Part shown: positions 45,602 to 54,745 of the stretch, in pieces
Position numbering within the stretch: position 1 is the first letter of the stretch
How the letters are laid out: each line of letters opens with the position of its first letter
Program-made: the position numbers and the translations under genes
The notes under the pieces: generated by a model
The model's input: only the letters and a program-made list of their open reading frames with translations
Told to the model about the DNA's origin: nothing
Databases searched by the model: none
DNA from: Candidatus Levybacteria bacterium RIFCSPHIGHO2_01_FULL_38_26
Lineage (GTDB): Bacteria; Patescibacteriota; Microgenomatia; Levybacterales; UBA12049
DNA length: 64,000 nt
Direction: 5' to 3'
Assembly: GCA_001782075.1 (NCBI GenBank)
Contig: MFNO01000013.1
Coordinates: forward strand, 48,608-112,607

Positions 45602-47989
45602 ATGTTTGAATCGAAAAAACTACCTGAAGCCTTTATAAGCAAAGCAGATACTTTACAAATATTGTCCGGTGTATTGAAAAAATCTTTAGTAGAAGATTTG
45701 TATGTTCTCTTGGAATCGGATTGGAAAAAAAATAAAACTGAGGTTGTAAGAAATATTAAGAATAGATTTAGGGGTAGAAACATAGTAGTTAGAAGTTCTG
45801 CATTAAATGAAGACACTAATCATTATTCAAATGCCGGGACCTTCAAAAGCATATTAAATGTAAATAGTTTGCATGAAGTTTCTATAGTTTCTGCTGTTGA
45901 AAGCGTCATAGGTTCTTATAAAAAAAAGGGTGCAGGAGATTCTAATAATCGCGTACTTGTTCAAACACAAACTATAGATGTATTATCTAGTGGGATAGTA
46001 TTAACAAGAGACTATAATGATTCTCCATACTATGTAATAAATTATTCAGATGGAAAAGATACAACGACTGTTGCAAGGGGTCTCTACAGTAAGACTTTGA
46101 AAATCTTAAAATCAGACCATGTAAATATTCCACTACGCTATAAAACTATAGTTAACGCTGTACGAGAAATAGAGGAGCTTGTTCCTAATATTGCCCTCAA
46201 TATTGAATACGCGCTTAAAAGCAATGGTCAAGTAGTTGTATTTCAAGTTAGACCATTGATTGTAGCTGGGGAAGAGCATTTAGTTAGTGACGTGGATGTT
46301 TTTGATAAAGTCGAGAGGTTAAAAACAAGGTTTAGGAAATTGTCTCAACCAACTCCTCATTTAGCCGGAAAAGTTACATATTTTGGTGATATGCCCGACT
46401 GGAATCCGGCAGAAATAATTGGAAGCTCGCCGCGCCGCTTGGCCTTTTCGTTGTATGCAGAGATTATTACTGATGATATTTGGCATAGAGCTAGAACAAG
46501 CCAAGGATATACTGATGTAAATCCGGCTAACCTTGTTGTAACATTTGGGAACAAACCTTATGTAGATATTAGAAATTCGTTTAACTCATTTATACCGGTT
46601 GGTTTAAGTCAACCCCTTAGGGAAAAACTAATAAATTTCTACCTAGAAAAATTAAAAAGAAATCCTCAGTTTCAAGATAAAGTAGAATTCGAGATCGTTT
46701 ATACGTGTTACGATCTAGCTTTCAATAAACGCTCAAAAGAACTACTAAAGTTCAATTTTTCAAAAGAGGAGATAGACCAAATAAGAACAGCATTGTTGCA
46801 TTTGACCAACAACCTTTTGAGTGCAGAGTCTATCCGTGCCGACCTAGGTCAAAATGAGGAGCTAGAAAAGTATAGAGAAGCTTTTCCTGCAGTAAAAAAA
46901 CAAGCGTCTCCTCAGGAAAGAGTAGAGAGGGCATTGAATTTGTTAGCAATGTGCAAGAAAATGGGAACCCTTCAATTTTCAAGATTGGCAAGACTGGCAT
47001 TTATTGGAAAAATACTGCTTAGAAGCTTGATAGACGAAGGCGCATTAGATTATATGAATTATTACAGATTTCTGGAATCAATTAACACAGTTACATCTAG
47101 TTTCTCAGCAGACATGGAAAAATTGAACAATGGAAATCTAAAAAAAACAGACTTTTTAAATAAATATGGCCATTTGCGGCCGGGAACGTATGACATAAGA
47201 GTTCCTCGGTATGATGCGCATGATTATTTTTCGTTAATAAAAGCTTCAAATAGCGAAGGTGAATTGGGCAAAAAAAAATTTATACTGGATACTGAAGGTT
47301 ATAGGAAAATATCATTTCTATTAAAAAAGCACGGGTTTAGAATAGATGCTAATGAGCTATTTCAGCTTACAAGATTTGCTTTAGAAGCAAGAGAATATTC
47401 AAAGTTTTTATTTACAAAGCCGCTGAGCGATGCTATGGAGCACATTGCCATTGCAGCAGAGGACTTAGGGTTTTTGCGAGAAGATATATCACATTTAGAT
47501 CTTGAGGCAATTAAGATGGCTAAAGATAAAGACGCGACATCTATTAAGGCGCAATGGGGTAAAAGGATCAATAAAAATAGAAAAGACTTTGTATCAAATA
47601 GCTGTATATCTTTGCCTCCTGTAATTTTTTCTGCAGAAGATTTCGATGTTATTTCTTATTATGATTCCCAGCCTAACTATGTGACAAATAAGAAAATTCA
47701 AGGCGATATAGTACTTTTGGACGGACAAGCAGACAAAAAAATTTCTGGGAAAGTAGTGCTTTTGGAAGCTGCAGATCCAGGTTATGATTGGATTTTTGCA
47801 AAGAAGCCGGCGGCTTTGATTACAAAATACGGAGGGACAGCATCTCATATGGTAGTGAGGTGCGCGGAGTTAGGGTTGCCGGCAGCAATTGGCCTGGGAG
47901 ATCATTTATACGAATTGTTATTGAATGCAAATTCTATTATGATTGATTGCGAAAATCAAAAAATTGAATTGAAAGGTATGGTTAGTTAA
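45602..47989 (+). CDS. PEP-synthase/PPDK-family enzyme, Cj1418-like L-glutamine kinase
   Basis: N-terminal ATP-grasp (VRSSALNED...NAG...FQVRP), MPDWNPAEIIG, YGHLRPGTYDI, C-terminal phospho-His domain (ADPGYDWIF...GGTASHMVVRCAELGLPAAIG). Confidence 0.85.
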   Translation: MFESKKLPEAFISKADTLQILSGVLKKSLVEDLYVLLESDWKKNKTEVVRNIKNRFRGRNIVVRSSALNEDTNHYSNAGTFKSILNVNSLHEVSIVSAVESVIGSYKKKGAGDSNNRVLVQTQTIDVLSSGIVLTRDYNDSPYYVINYSDGKDTTTVARGLYSKTLKILKSDHVNIPLRYKTIVNAVREIEELVPNIALNIEYALKSNGQVVVFQVRPLIVAGEEHLVSDVDVFDKVERLKTRFRKLSQPTPHLAGKVTYFGDMPDWNPAEIIGSSPRRLAFSLYAEIITDDIWHRARTSQGYTDVNPANLVVTFGNKPYVDIRNSFNSFIPVGLSQPLREKLINFYLEKLKRNPQFQDKVEFEIVYTCYDLAFNKRSKELLKFNFSKEEIDQIRTALLHLTNNLLSAESIRADLGQNEELEKYREAFPAVKKQASPQERVERALNLLAMCKKMGTLQFSRLARLAFIGKILLRSLIDEGALDYMNYYRFLESINTVTSSFSADMEKLNNGNLKKTDFLNKYGHLRPGTYDIRVPRYDAHDYFSLIKASNSEGELGKKKFILDTEGYRKISFLLKKHGFRIDANELFQLTRFALEAREYSKFLFTKPLSDAMEHIAIAAEDLGFLREDISHLDLEAIKMAKDKDATSIKAQWGKRINKNRKDFVSNSCISLPPVIFSAEDFDVISYYDSQPNYVTNKKIQGDIVLLDGQADKKISGKVVLLEAADPGYDWIFAKKPAALITKYGGTASHMVVRCAELGLPAAIGLGDHLYELLLNANSIMIDCENQKIELKGMVS

Positions 47990-47990
47990 G

Positions 47991-48692
47991 ATGCTGGTTG
48001 CGATATCGCAAAGAAATTTATATTTAAAAAAATACGGATCAGTAGATATGCTGGAAACAGCATATGTAAGATTATTTAGTGGTTTTGGCATCGATCTAGT
48101 TCAGATGCCCAACATTGGTAAGGATATAAAAAGATATATACAACAAATTTCTGTTGAAGGAATAATATTAAGCGGTGGAGGTGACGTTGATCCTTCACTT
48201 TATGGAGGAGATTCTACTAATCCAGGTGATTACTCTTTAGACAGGGATGAGACTGAAAAGTCATTGCTTGAAACTGCGCTTGTAAAAGACATACCGGTTT
48301 TAGGTATTTGCAGAGGAATGCAAGTAATTAATGTTTATTTTAATGGCAAATTACTGCAGGATATGAAAGCAGAAATAAATAATAAAATAGATCATGTAGG
48401 CAAGAAACATAAAGTGACAGTATCAATGGAATCAATAGTGGATGCATTAGGGACAAATACTGTAGAAGTGAATTCTTACCATAATCAAGGTATTGCCAAA
48501 GCTCAGCTGTCTGAAGATTTGGTTTCTTTTGCAAATGCTCAGGATCAAACAATTGAGGCTGTATATCATCCAGGGCGTTCAATTGCCGCTGTTATGTGGC
48601 ATCCTGAACGATCTAATCCTCCTACTTTTTTGGACAAGCTATTGATTAAATCATTTGTTGTCAGGGAGGCATTTTGGAGAAAGCGAAAGTGA
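47991..48692 (+). CDS. Class I glutamine amidotransferase/peptidase C26, Cj1417-like gamma-glutamyl-CDP-amidate hydrolase
   Basis: ILSGGGD, PVLGICRGMQ (Cys nucleophile), VNSYH, WHPE; genomic context. Confidence 0.82.
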   Translation: MLVAISQRNLYLKKYGSVDMLETAYVRLFSGFGIDLVQMPNIGKDIKRYIQQISVEGIILSGGGDVDPSLYGGDSTNPGDYSLDRDETEKSLLETALVKDIPVLGICRGMQVINVYFNGKLLQDMKAEINNKIDHVGKKHKVTVSMESIVDALGTNTVEVNSYHNQGIAKAQLSEDLVSFANAQDQTIEAVYHPGRSIAAVMWHPERSNPPTFLDKLLIKSFVVREAFWRKRK

Positions 48693-49474
48693 GAGCTATC
48701 ATTTTAGCAGCAGGGGAAGGTAAAAGATTAAGACCATACACAGAAGATCTTCCTAAAGGGATGTTGAAATTTGATGGCAAAGCATTAATTGAAAGACAAA
48801 TAAGCCTTTTTCAAGATAATGGTATCTATGATATTTGTATAGTTACAGGTCATCTGGCGGACAGAATTAAATATTCTAACATACGCTACTTTCATAACCC
48901 CAATTATGAGCAAACAAATATGGTAGAATCCCTCTTTTGTGCAAGGACGGTGTTGTTTGGAGAAATAGTAATATCTTACGCGGATATTGTTTTTGAAAAG
49001 AGAGTTTTGCGTCGTGTATTAGAAAGCAAAGCAGACGTAGGAGTAACGGTTGATACGTCTTGGAAGGAGTATTGGCTAATGCGGCATGAGGATGCAAATA
49101 TAGACATAGAAAGCTTAAAACTGCATAAAAAGGGAGGAATAATAGAGATAGGAAAACTTGAGAAATCAGCAGAAAACATAGATGGAAGATATGTAGGTTT
49201 ATTAAAATTTTCACCACGAGGGATTAAAAAACTAGTATCGGTTTATGACAAAGCTAAATCTATTTTTTGGAATAAATCTTGGCAAACCTCCGGCAGCTTC
49301 CAGAAGGCGTACATGACAGATTTGCTGCAGGCTTTAATAGATGACGGTCAGGAAATTAATGCGATAAAAATTCAGCACGGCTGGTTAGAGGTTGATACGG
49401 CAAGAGATTATGAGCAGGTGATCAGGCTTAAGAGAGAAAATATGTTAAAGAAATTTTTCAATCCTGAGGCTTAA
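48689..49474 (+). CDS. Nucleotidyltransferase (LicC/Cj1416-like CTP:phosphoglutamine cytidylyltransferase)
   Basis: AIILAAGEGKRLRPYT..PK, SYADI, YVGL, WLEVDT; GTG 48689 overlaps the upstream TGA. Confidence 0.82.
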   Translation: MRAIILAAGEGKRLRPYTEDLPKGMLKFDGKALIERQISLFQDNGIYDICIVTGHLADRIKYSNIRYFHNPNYEQTNMVESLFCARTVLFGEIVISYADIVFEKRVLRRVLESKADVGVTVDTSWKEYWLMRHEDANIDIESLKLHKKGGIIEIGKLEKSAENIDGRYVGLLKFSPRGIKKLVSVYDKAKSIFWNKSWQTSGSFQKAYMTDLLQALIDDGQEINAIKIQHGWLEVDTARDYEQVIRLKRENMLKKFFNPEA

Positions 49475-49495
49475 ATTAGACAAGAATAAATTTTT

Positions 49496-50035
49496 ATGGT
49501 TACTATAGTTTTTGAGTCACATGCAACAAGCTTTGATAATGAAAATCATGTTGTTTCAGGCTGGAATGATGTGGAATTATCTCCATTGGGCGTGCAGCAG
49601 GCAAAAGATTTAGGAAAGCGAAGGGAAAATGAAAAGTTTGTTGCAATCTTCTGTTCGGATCTTCAGCGATCTTATAAAACGGCCATAATAGCTTTTGGAA
49701 ACAAATCTCCAATTATTCAAGATTTTAGATTGAGAGAGTGTGATTATGGTGATTTAACGCAACGACCCAGTAGTTTAATAGATAATGAAAAACTTAATCG
49801 GATAACAAACCCTTTTCCCAATGGAGAAAGCTATACGCAAGCATCTGAAAGAATAAAGGAGTTTTTAGAAGATTTGATAAAAAACCATGAAGGTAAGAAA
49901 GTGATGATTATCGGACACAAGGCAACGCAATATGGATTAGAGCATTGGATAAAAAAAGAGTCCCTGGAAAAGGTTATTGCAGCTCATTGGAAATGGCAGC
50001 CCGGGTGGACTTATGAGCTTAGAGCTTTTCGCTGA
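49496..50035 (+). CDS. Histidine phosphatase family protein (RHG motif reads SHA)
   Basis: FESHAT, LSPLGVQQA, SDLQRS, LRECDYG, GESY, IIGH. Confidence 0.78.
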   Translation: MVTIVFESHATSFDNENHVVSGWNDVELSPLGVQQAKDLGKRRENEKFVAIFCSDLQRSYKTAIIAFGNKSPIIQDFRLRECDYGDLTQRPSSLIDNEKLNRITNPFPNGESYTQASERIKEFLEDLIKNHEGKKVMIIGHKATQYGLEHWIKKESLEKVIAAHWKWQPGWTYELRAFR

Positions 50036-50036
50036 T

Positions 50037-50753
50037 ATGCAGCATGCATCGGTAGTAAAATTATTTAAAGAACAAATAGGTCATTATTCAAGCAGAGATC
50101 AGGCTGTTGATTCTAAAATTGTCTCACTTTTTAAAGGTTGGGTAAGAAAAGATAAAGTTAATAAACACTTAGAAATTTGTGAGTTTGGTGGTGGAGCAGG
50201 ACAATTACTTAGTCAACTTAGGGAAAATTACCACAATGCAAGCTTCACTAATGCAGAAATAGTAGAAGATTATAAAAAAAAACTAGTATCGGATAAGATA
50301 AAATTTGTCAAAACTTCAATTATTAAATCTGTGTTTACAGATAAATCATTTGACGTTTTGATTGCTAGGGATGTATTCCATCACTTAATTGGAAAAAGTT
50401 ATGATGAAACGGTCAAAAATCAAATAACTGCGCTTAATGAATTGAAACGCCTGCTTCGTCCTGGTGGAGTAATTTTCATTGAGGAGCTTACGATGATTGC
50501 AGAAATAACTTCGCGTGCTATTTATACTCTTTCAAGCTTTAACGCAAGATTGGGATTACGTTTACCGTTTATTAATATAAGCACAAATACAGTTGTTGCT
50601 TTTTTAACAAAAGATAAGCTGATAAGATTTTGTAAGCAGGTTTTTGTAAAAGAAAAAATTTACATAACGAAGATTAATATCAAGAATGATTTCAAGTCAA
50701 GGATTCTACGCCTGGGAAATAAGGCAGATAAAATAATAGTAACTATTCAATAG
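50037..50753 (+). CDS. Class I SAM-dependent methyltransferase
   Basis: CEFGGGAG, SFDV, DVFHH, LLRPGG; probable ATG 50037 (alternative 50013). Confidence 0.78.
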   Translation: MQHASVVKLFKEQIGHYSSRDQAVDSKIVSLFKGWVRKDKVNKHLEICEFGGGAGQLLSQLRENYHNASFTNAEIVEDYKKKLVSDKIKFVKTSIIKSVFTDKSFDVLIARDVFHHLIGKSYDETVKNQITALNELKRLLRPGGVIFIEELTMIAEITSRAIYTLSSFNARLGLRLPFINISTNTVVAFLTKDKLIRFCKQVFVKEKIYITKINIKNDFKSRILRLGNKADKIIVTIQ

Positions 50754-52062
50754 GCAATAGCTTCTTGTCATAGTATTTTTTAGTTGCTGCAGGAAGTTTT
50801 GTTAAAGTGAATGCTATCAGGCATACAGCCAAGACAATATTTGCAAATAGAGAAACATTTACTATGTCTGACAAATTACTGTGGAAATAAAATATGCCAA
50901 CAACTTGCAAAATTGCAACAAGTAGCGATACATATCCGGGAGTAAATTCGTCCATTGCAATAAAGCCGCTTACGATAATATATGAGATTGTATAAAGTAG
51001 GATAGACATGCCGTAAGCAGGTATAAGAGGAATGATTTCCAGATAAGAACTAGAGAGCGCAATAACAACTATTTGTTTTGGAATTAGGAGATATATTACA
51101 AAAACCGATAAAACCAAAACGAATGCACCTGAGACAGCAATTTTGAATAGTTTTACACCCACAATATTGCTTTTGGCATTTATGACAAGAGGAAGAAAAA
51201 CAGTATTTAAAGGAAAAGTAGTAAGTATCATTCCTTTACCTAAAATCGCTAATCCTGCATACAATCCGGCTTGTTGGGCAAGATAGTATTGGGTTAATAT
51301 AAGATCTGCTGAGATTATAGATGTTAATCCTAAAAATCCGATCATTGTTGAAAAAGATTCTTTTGTAAAAGTTTTTGCGTTAAAGTTAATTTTTTCAGAT
51401 AGATTAAAAAATAATCGGCCTCGAAGCTGCCATATTGAATAAGCAAGCGCTAGTATACTAGATATAATAAGAGACCAAATTACCCCATTTAGCATAAACC
51501 CCAAAATTAACAGAGGGATAGAGAGGATTAATTTAGTAGCTTGTTGAAAAACTGAATTAAGCGCAAACGCCATAAAAAGCAAATTAGCTTTCATGAATGA
51601 CTTATGAATGGTTATAGACAATCCTAATATGCTTAACAGGATTATAATCGCTAAATTTTCAGAACTAACCGAACCAATCGCGATATGAATGCTATTGCTG
51701 ATCAGGAGAAAGGATACAAGTATTGCTATGCCCACAATAATCACAAAAAAGTTACTTTTATTGACAAGAGCTGAAGCAGAGGAATATTTCTTTTTTGAGA
51801 TATACCTTGCAAATTGTTTTATGAGTTGAATTGTGATTAAAATAGTCAAGACATTTATCATATTGAAGATATTGATCATTGTTTGTAGAATACCGTAATG
51901 TTCAATGCTTAGGTTGTGGGCAGCAGCAAGATTAAATAAGAAATTGAGAACATTAGATAATATTGAAGACGCAAAAATAATTATTGAACTGGAAAACAAG
52001 CCAAAATGGATGGGATGAGAGTTTTTAAATTTGGCTAGATGAGATATTATGAGGCGTTTCAT
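50743..52062 (-). CDS. wzx: Wzx-like flippase
   Basis: About 12 TM helices; NLSIEHYG, ADLILTQYYL...AGLYAG; similar to 9432..10700. Confidence 0.72.
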   Translation of the reverse strand: MKRLIISHLAKFKNSHPIHFGLFSSSIIIFASSILSNVLNFLFNLAAAHNLSIEHYGILQTMINIFNMINVLTILITIQLIKQFARYISKKKYSSASALVNKSNFFVIIVGIAILVSFLLISNSIHIAIGSVSSENLAIIILLSILGLSITIHKSFMKANLLFMAFALNSVFQQATKLILSIPLLILGFMLNGVIWSLIISSILALAYSIWQLRGRLFFNLSEKINFNAKTFTKESFSTMIGFLGLTSIISADLILTQYYLAQQAGLYAGLAILGKGMILTTFPLNTVFLPLVINAKSNIVGVKLFKIAVSGAFVLVLSVFVIYLLIPKQIVVIALSSSYLEIIPLIPAYGMSILLYTISYIIVSGFIAMDEFTPGYVSLLVAILQVVGIFYFHSNLSDIVNVSLFANIVLAVCLIAFTLTKLPAATKKYYDKKLLPIE

Positions 52063-52116
52063 TTTTGTTAAATAGATTTTAACATAATTTTACTGATATA
52101 ATTATTCAATTCTATT
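52063..52116. promoter_or_regulatory. Divergent extended -10 promoters
   Basis: Plus-strand TGATATAAT at 52094-52102; minus-strand TGTTAAAAT at 52084-52076. Confidence 0.5.
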
Positions 52117-53811
52117 ATGCGAAAGTCTTTTCTTTCTATAATACTTTTTTTAATAATACTTTTAGCTTATTGGGATCTACCAAAAACTTTTTTTCAGCAA
52201 GATGAATGGCAAAGCTTAGCGGCCGCTATTTATTACCAAAGTATAAGTTTTTCCGGAATAGTGCAATCTTTTTTGCCTTCAGATGCTATTTCTCATTTTA
52301 ACCCCTTGGCAAAAATATATGAATGGTTTACGTTCTTATTTTTTTATACTAATTTTGAGTTTTATGCCTGGTTGAGTATTGGTGTGCACGCAATAAATAC
52401 ATTTCTACTTTACTATTTCGTTTTATTGACATTTCAGAACAGAAAACTTGCATTTTTTGCCGCTATTTTATTTGGTGTAAACAGTATAGCAAGCCAGGCG
52501 GTAACCTGGGTCGCCGCTATAAACAGCTATGAAATCCCTACAGTTTTTATACTCCTATCGTTAATATTTTTCCATCGTTTTCTTAGACAAAAAGAACATC
52601 GGAATAGAAATGTGCTGTTTTCTTTTTCTTTGCTTTTTATTTCACTTTTGTTTCACGAAATTGGCATTTTTCTCCTCATTTTCTATCCCTTAATATTCTT
52701 TTTATACACCAAGTCCGAATGGAGAAAATTATTCCCTGCTCTTCTTTACAGCTTGCTGCTTTTCATTTTTGCCTTTTTTCTTATTAGAGTTCCTTTTTTC
52801 TTTGGATTTACAACTACTCTTCCGGTAGTAACAGATATTTCTCGTCCTTCTGTAACAGTTTATCCTTACCGGTTGGTTTCTATAGCAATGAAGTCCTTTG
52901 CAGGGAGTCTGATTCCCGAGAGAACTCTTATTGAAATTTCGCAAAGTGTTGTCTATCTTGGCTATCCTCAATATTTAACGGCAGATAATCTTCCAAATCC
53001 TTTTATTACTCAATCAATTGTCTTTGATTTAACCTCTTACATGTTTACCGTAATTATTGTCTGTATAATAATTTTTTGCATAAAACTGACTCGAGATAAG
53101 AAACTTAAAGACGCGCTTTTTTGGGCACTGCTTTTTGTCCCAGCCAGTTTAATTCCGTATGGTTTTGTCTTGGGAAAAGCAGGATACGCGTCTATACTTG
53201 AACCTAAATTTTTTTATGTCGGTAGTATTGGAATAAGCATACTTGTTGCAGCTGCTGCATATTCTTTGCTTATTAAATTTTCAAAACAAAAGATACTAAA
53301 AACTATTGTTTATCTTTTGCTGGGATTATATTTTGTACACCATCTTATGGCAGTAAAAACTAATTCAAATAATTTAGTGGAAATAGGAACACAGAGAAAA
53401 GAATTTCTTACAAATATTAAATCTTCTTATAAAAAACTTCCACAAAATGCTGTATTTTTTACCCAAAGCGATACTGCTTATTACGGTATGCCAGATGATG
53501 AAAGAATTCTGCCCGTGCAGATCGGTTTTGGCAAGATGCTTATGATATGGTATCAAAAAGACGAGCGATTTCCGGGATGTTTGTATGAAGGACAATTTTT
53601 ATTGCCGTTATTGGAAGAAGGTTATCGAAGCTGTGGTGGTCGCGGCTTTGGGTATTTTAGAAATTATGATAAACTTATAGACACAATTAAAACGAACAAT
53701 ATTAAGGTAGAAAGTGTGATTGCTTATTCATGGAATGGAAAAAGTGAAAAACTTGAAGACATCACGAGTGAAATACGGACAAGAATAAAAATAGATCTTG
53801 AAAATAAATAA
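52117..53811 (+). CDS. Polytopic GT-C-like protein; paralogue of 54742..56427
   Basis: FFQQDEW, QAVTWVA, FHE, LLEEGYRSCGGRGFGYFR. Confidence 0.68.
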   Translation: MRKSFLSIILFLIILLAYWDLPKTFFQQDEWQSLAAAIYYQSISFSGIVQSFLPSDAISHFNPLAKIYEWFTFLFFYTNFEFYAWLSIGVHAINTFLLYYFVLLTFQNRKLAFFAAILFGVNSIASQAVTWVAAINSYEIPTVFILLSLIFFHRFLRQKEHRNRNVLFSFSLLFISLLFHEIGIFLLIFYPLIFFLYTKSEWRKLFPALLYSLLLFIFAFFLIRVPFFFGFTTTLPVVTDISRPSVTVYPYRLVSIAMKSFAGSLIPERTLIEISQSVVYLGYPQYLTADNLPNPFITQSIVFDLTSYMFTVIIVCIIIFCIKLTRDKKLKDALFWALLFVPASLIPYGFVLGKAGYASILEPKFFYVGSIGISILVAAAAYSLLIKFSKQKILKTIVYLLLGLYFVHHLMAVKTNSNNLVEIGTQRKEFLTNIKSSYKKLPQNAVFFTQSDTAYYGMPDDERILPVQIGFGKMLMIWYQKDERFPGCLYEGQFLLPLLEEGYRSCGGRGFGYFRNYDKLIDTIKTNNIKVESVIAYSWNGKSEKLEDITSEIRTRIKIDLENK

Positions 53812-53812
53812 C

Positions 53813-54745
53813 ATGAAATTATCTCACAAAAAAATAGTTGTAACCGGTGGTGGTGGGTTTTTAGGAAAATATGTTGTTCAGAGATTAAAGAAAGAAGGCG
53901 CTTCTGACATTTTTTCTCCCCTATCGAAAGAATATGACCTCAGAAATAGGGAAGTTTGTAGGAAAATAGTGAAAAATGCGGATATAGTTATCCACTTAGC
54001 TGCGCAAATAGGCGGAATAGGTTTTATAGGAGAGCACATGGGTGAGGTATTTTATAACAATATAGTTATGGGGGTTGAGCTTATGGAAGCGTCACGACTT
54101 GCAGGCGTTGAGAAATTTGTGAGTGTTGGTACTGTTTGCGAATATCCTAAAAGTCCGCCAGTCCCTTTTCGAGAAGAAGATTTGTGGGAAGGATATCCTG
54201 AAGAAACTACTTCTTCCTACGGTTGGGCTAAAAAAGTGCTTATCGTTCAAGGGAAAGCGTATAAAAAACAATACAATTTTAATGCCATACATCTGCTTCC
54301 TGTTAATTTATATGGTCCACATGATAATTTTGATAGAACATCAAGTCACGTTATTCCAGCTCTTGTTAAGAGAGTTATTGAGGCAAAAGAAAAAAAGAAA
54401 CCTTATGTTAAGATTTGGGGAACAGGAACTGCTACGCGAGAGTTTCTGTATGTCCAGGATGCAGCCGAGGGAATAGTCTTGGCAACAAAAAAGTATGATT
54501 CTACTGAGCCAGTTAATTTGGGAACAGGTGTTGAGACTTTTATCAAAGATCTTGTCAAAATTATTGCCGAACTTACAGGGTATCATGGAGAAATAAAATG
54601 GGACGCTACAAAGCCAGATGGCCAGCCGAGAAGGAGACTTGATGTATCAAAAGCAAAAAAAGAATTTGGTTTTTCAGCAAAAACCTCCCTCAAAAAGGGA
54701 CTTAGAGCTACAATTGAATGGTATCAACGGTATAGAACTATATGA
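53813..54745 (+). CDS. fcl: GDP-L-fucose synthase family epimerase/reductase
   Basis: TGGGGFLG, HLAAQIGGIG, GTVCEYP, YGWAK, PVNLYGP.DNF, SHVIPAL, WGTGTATREFLYV, KPDGQPRR. Confidence 0.82.
   Translation: MKLSHKKIVVTGGGGFLGKYVVQRLKKEGASDIFSPLSKEYDLRNREVCRKIVKNADIVIHLAAQIGGIGFIGEHMGEVFYNNIVMGVELMEASRLAGVEKFVSVGTVCEYPKSPPVPFREEDLWEGYPEETTSSYGWAKKVLIVQGKAYKKQYNFNAIHLLPVNLYGPHDNFDRTSSHVIPALVKRVIEAKEKKKPYVKIWGTGTATREFLYVQDAAEGIVLATKKYDSTEPVNLGTGVETFIKDLVKIIAELTGYHGEIKWDATKPDGQPRRRLDVSKAKKEFGFSAKTSLKKGLRATIEWYQRYRTI

Noticed and set aside
45602-47989. Annotation as a central-metabolism PEP synthase/PPDK
   Set aside because: The phospho-His domain is C-terminal with no pyruvate-binding barrel after it, and the neighbours match the glutamine-kinase pathway.
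47991-48692. PuuD putrescine-catabolism hydrolase
   Set aside because: Same family, but no puu genes are nearby and the context fits a Cj1417-like role.
4398-53812. ORF-track upstream starts at 4398, 20484, 20530, 25506, 33837, 36504, 48674, 49977 and 53798
   Set aside because: Downstream starts fit better with promoter position, stop/start overlaps or domain boundaries.
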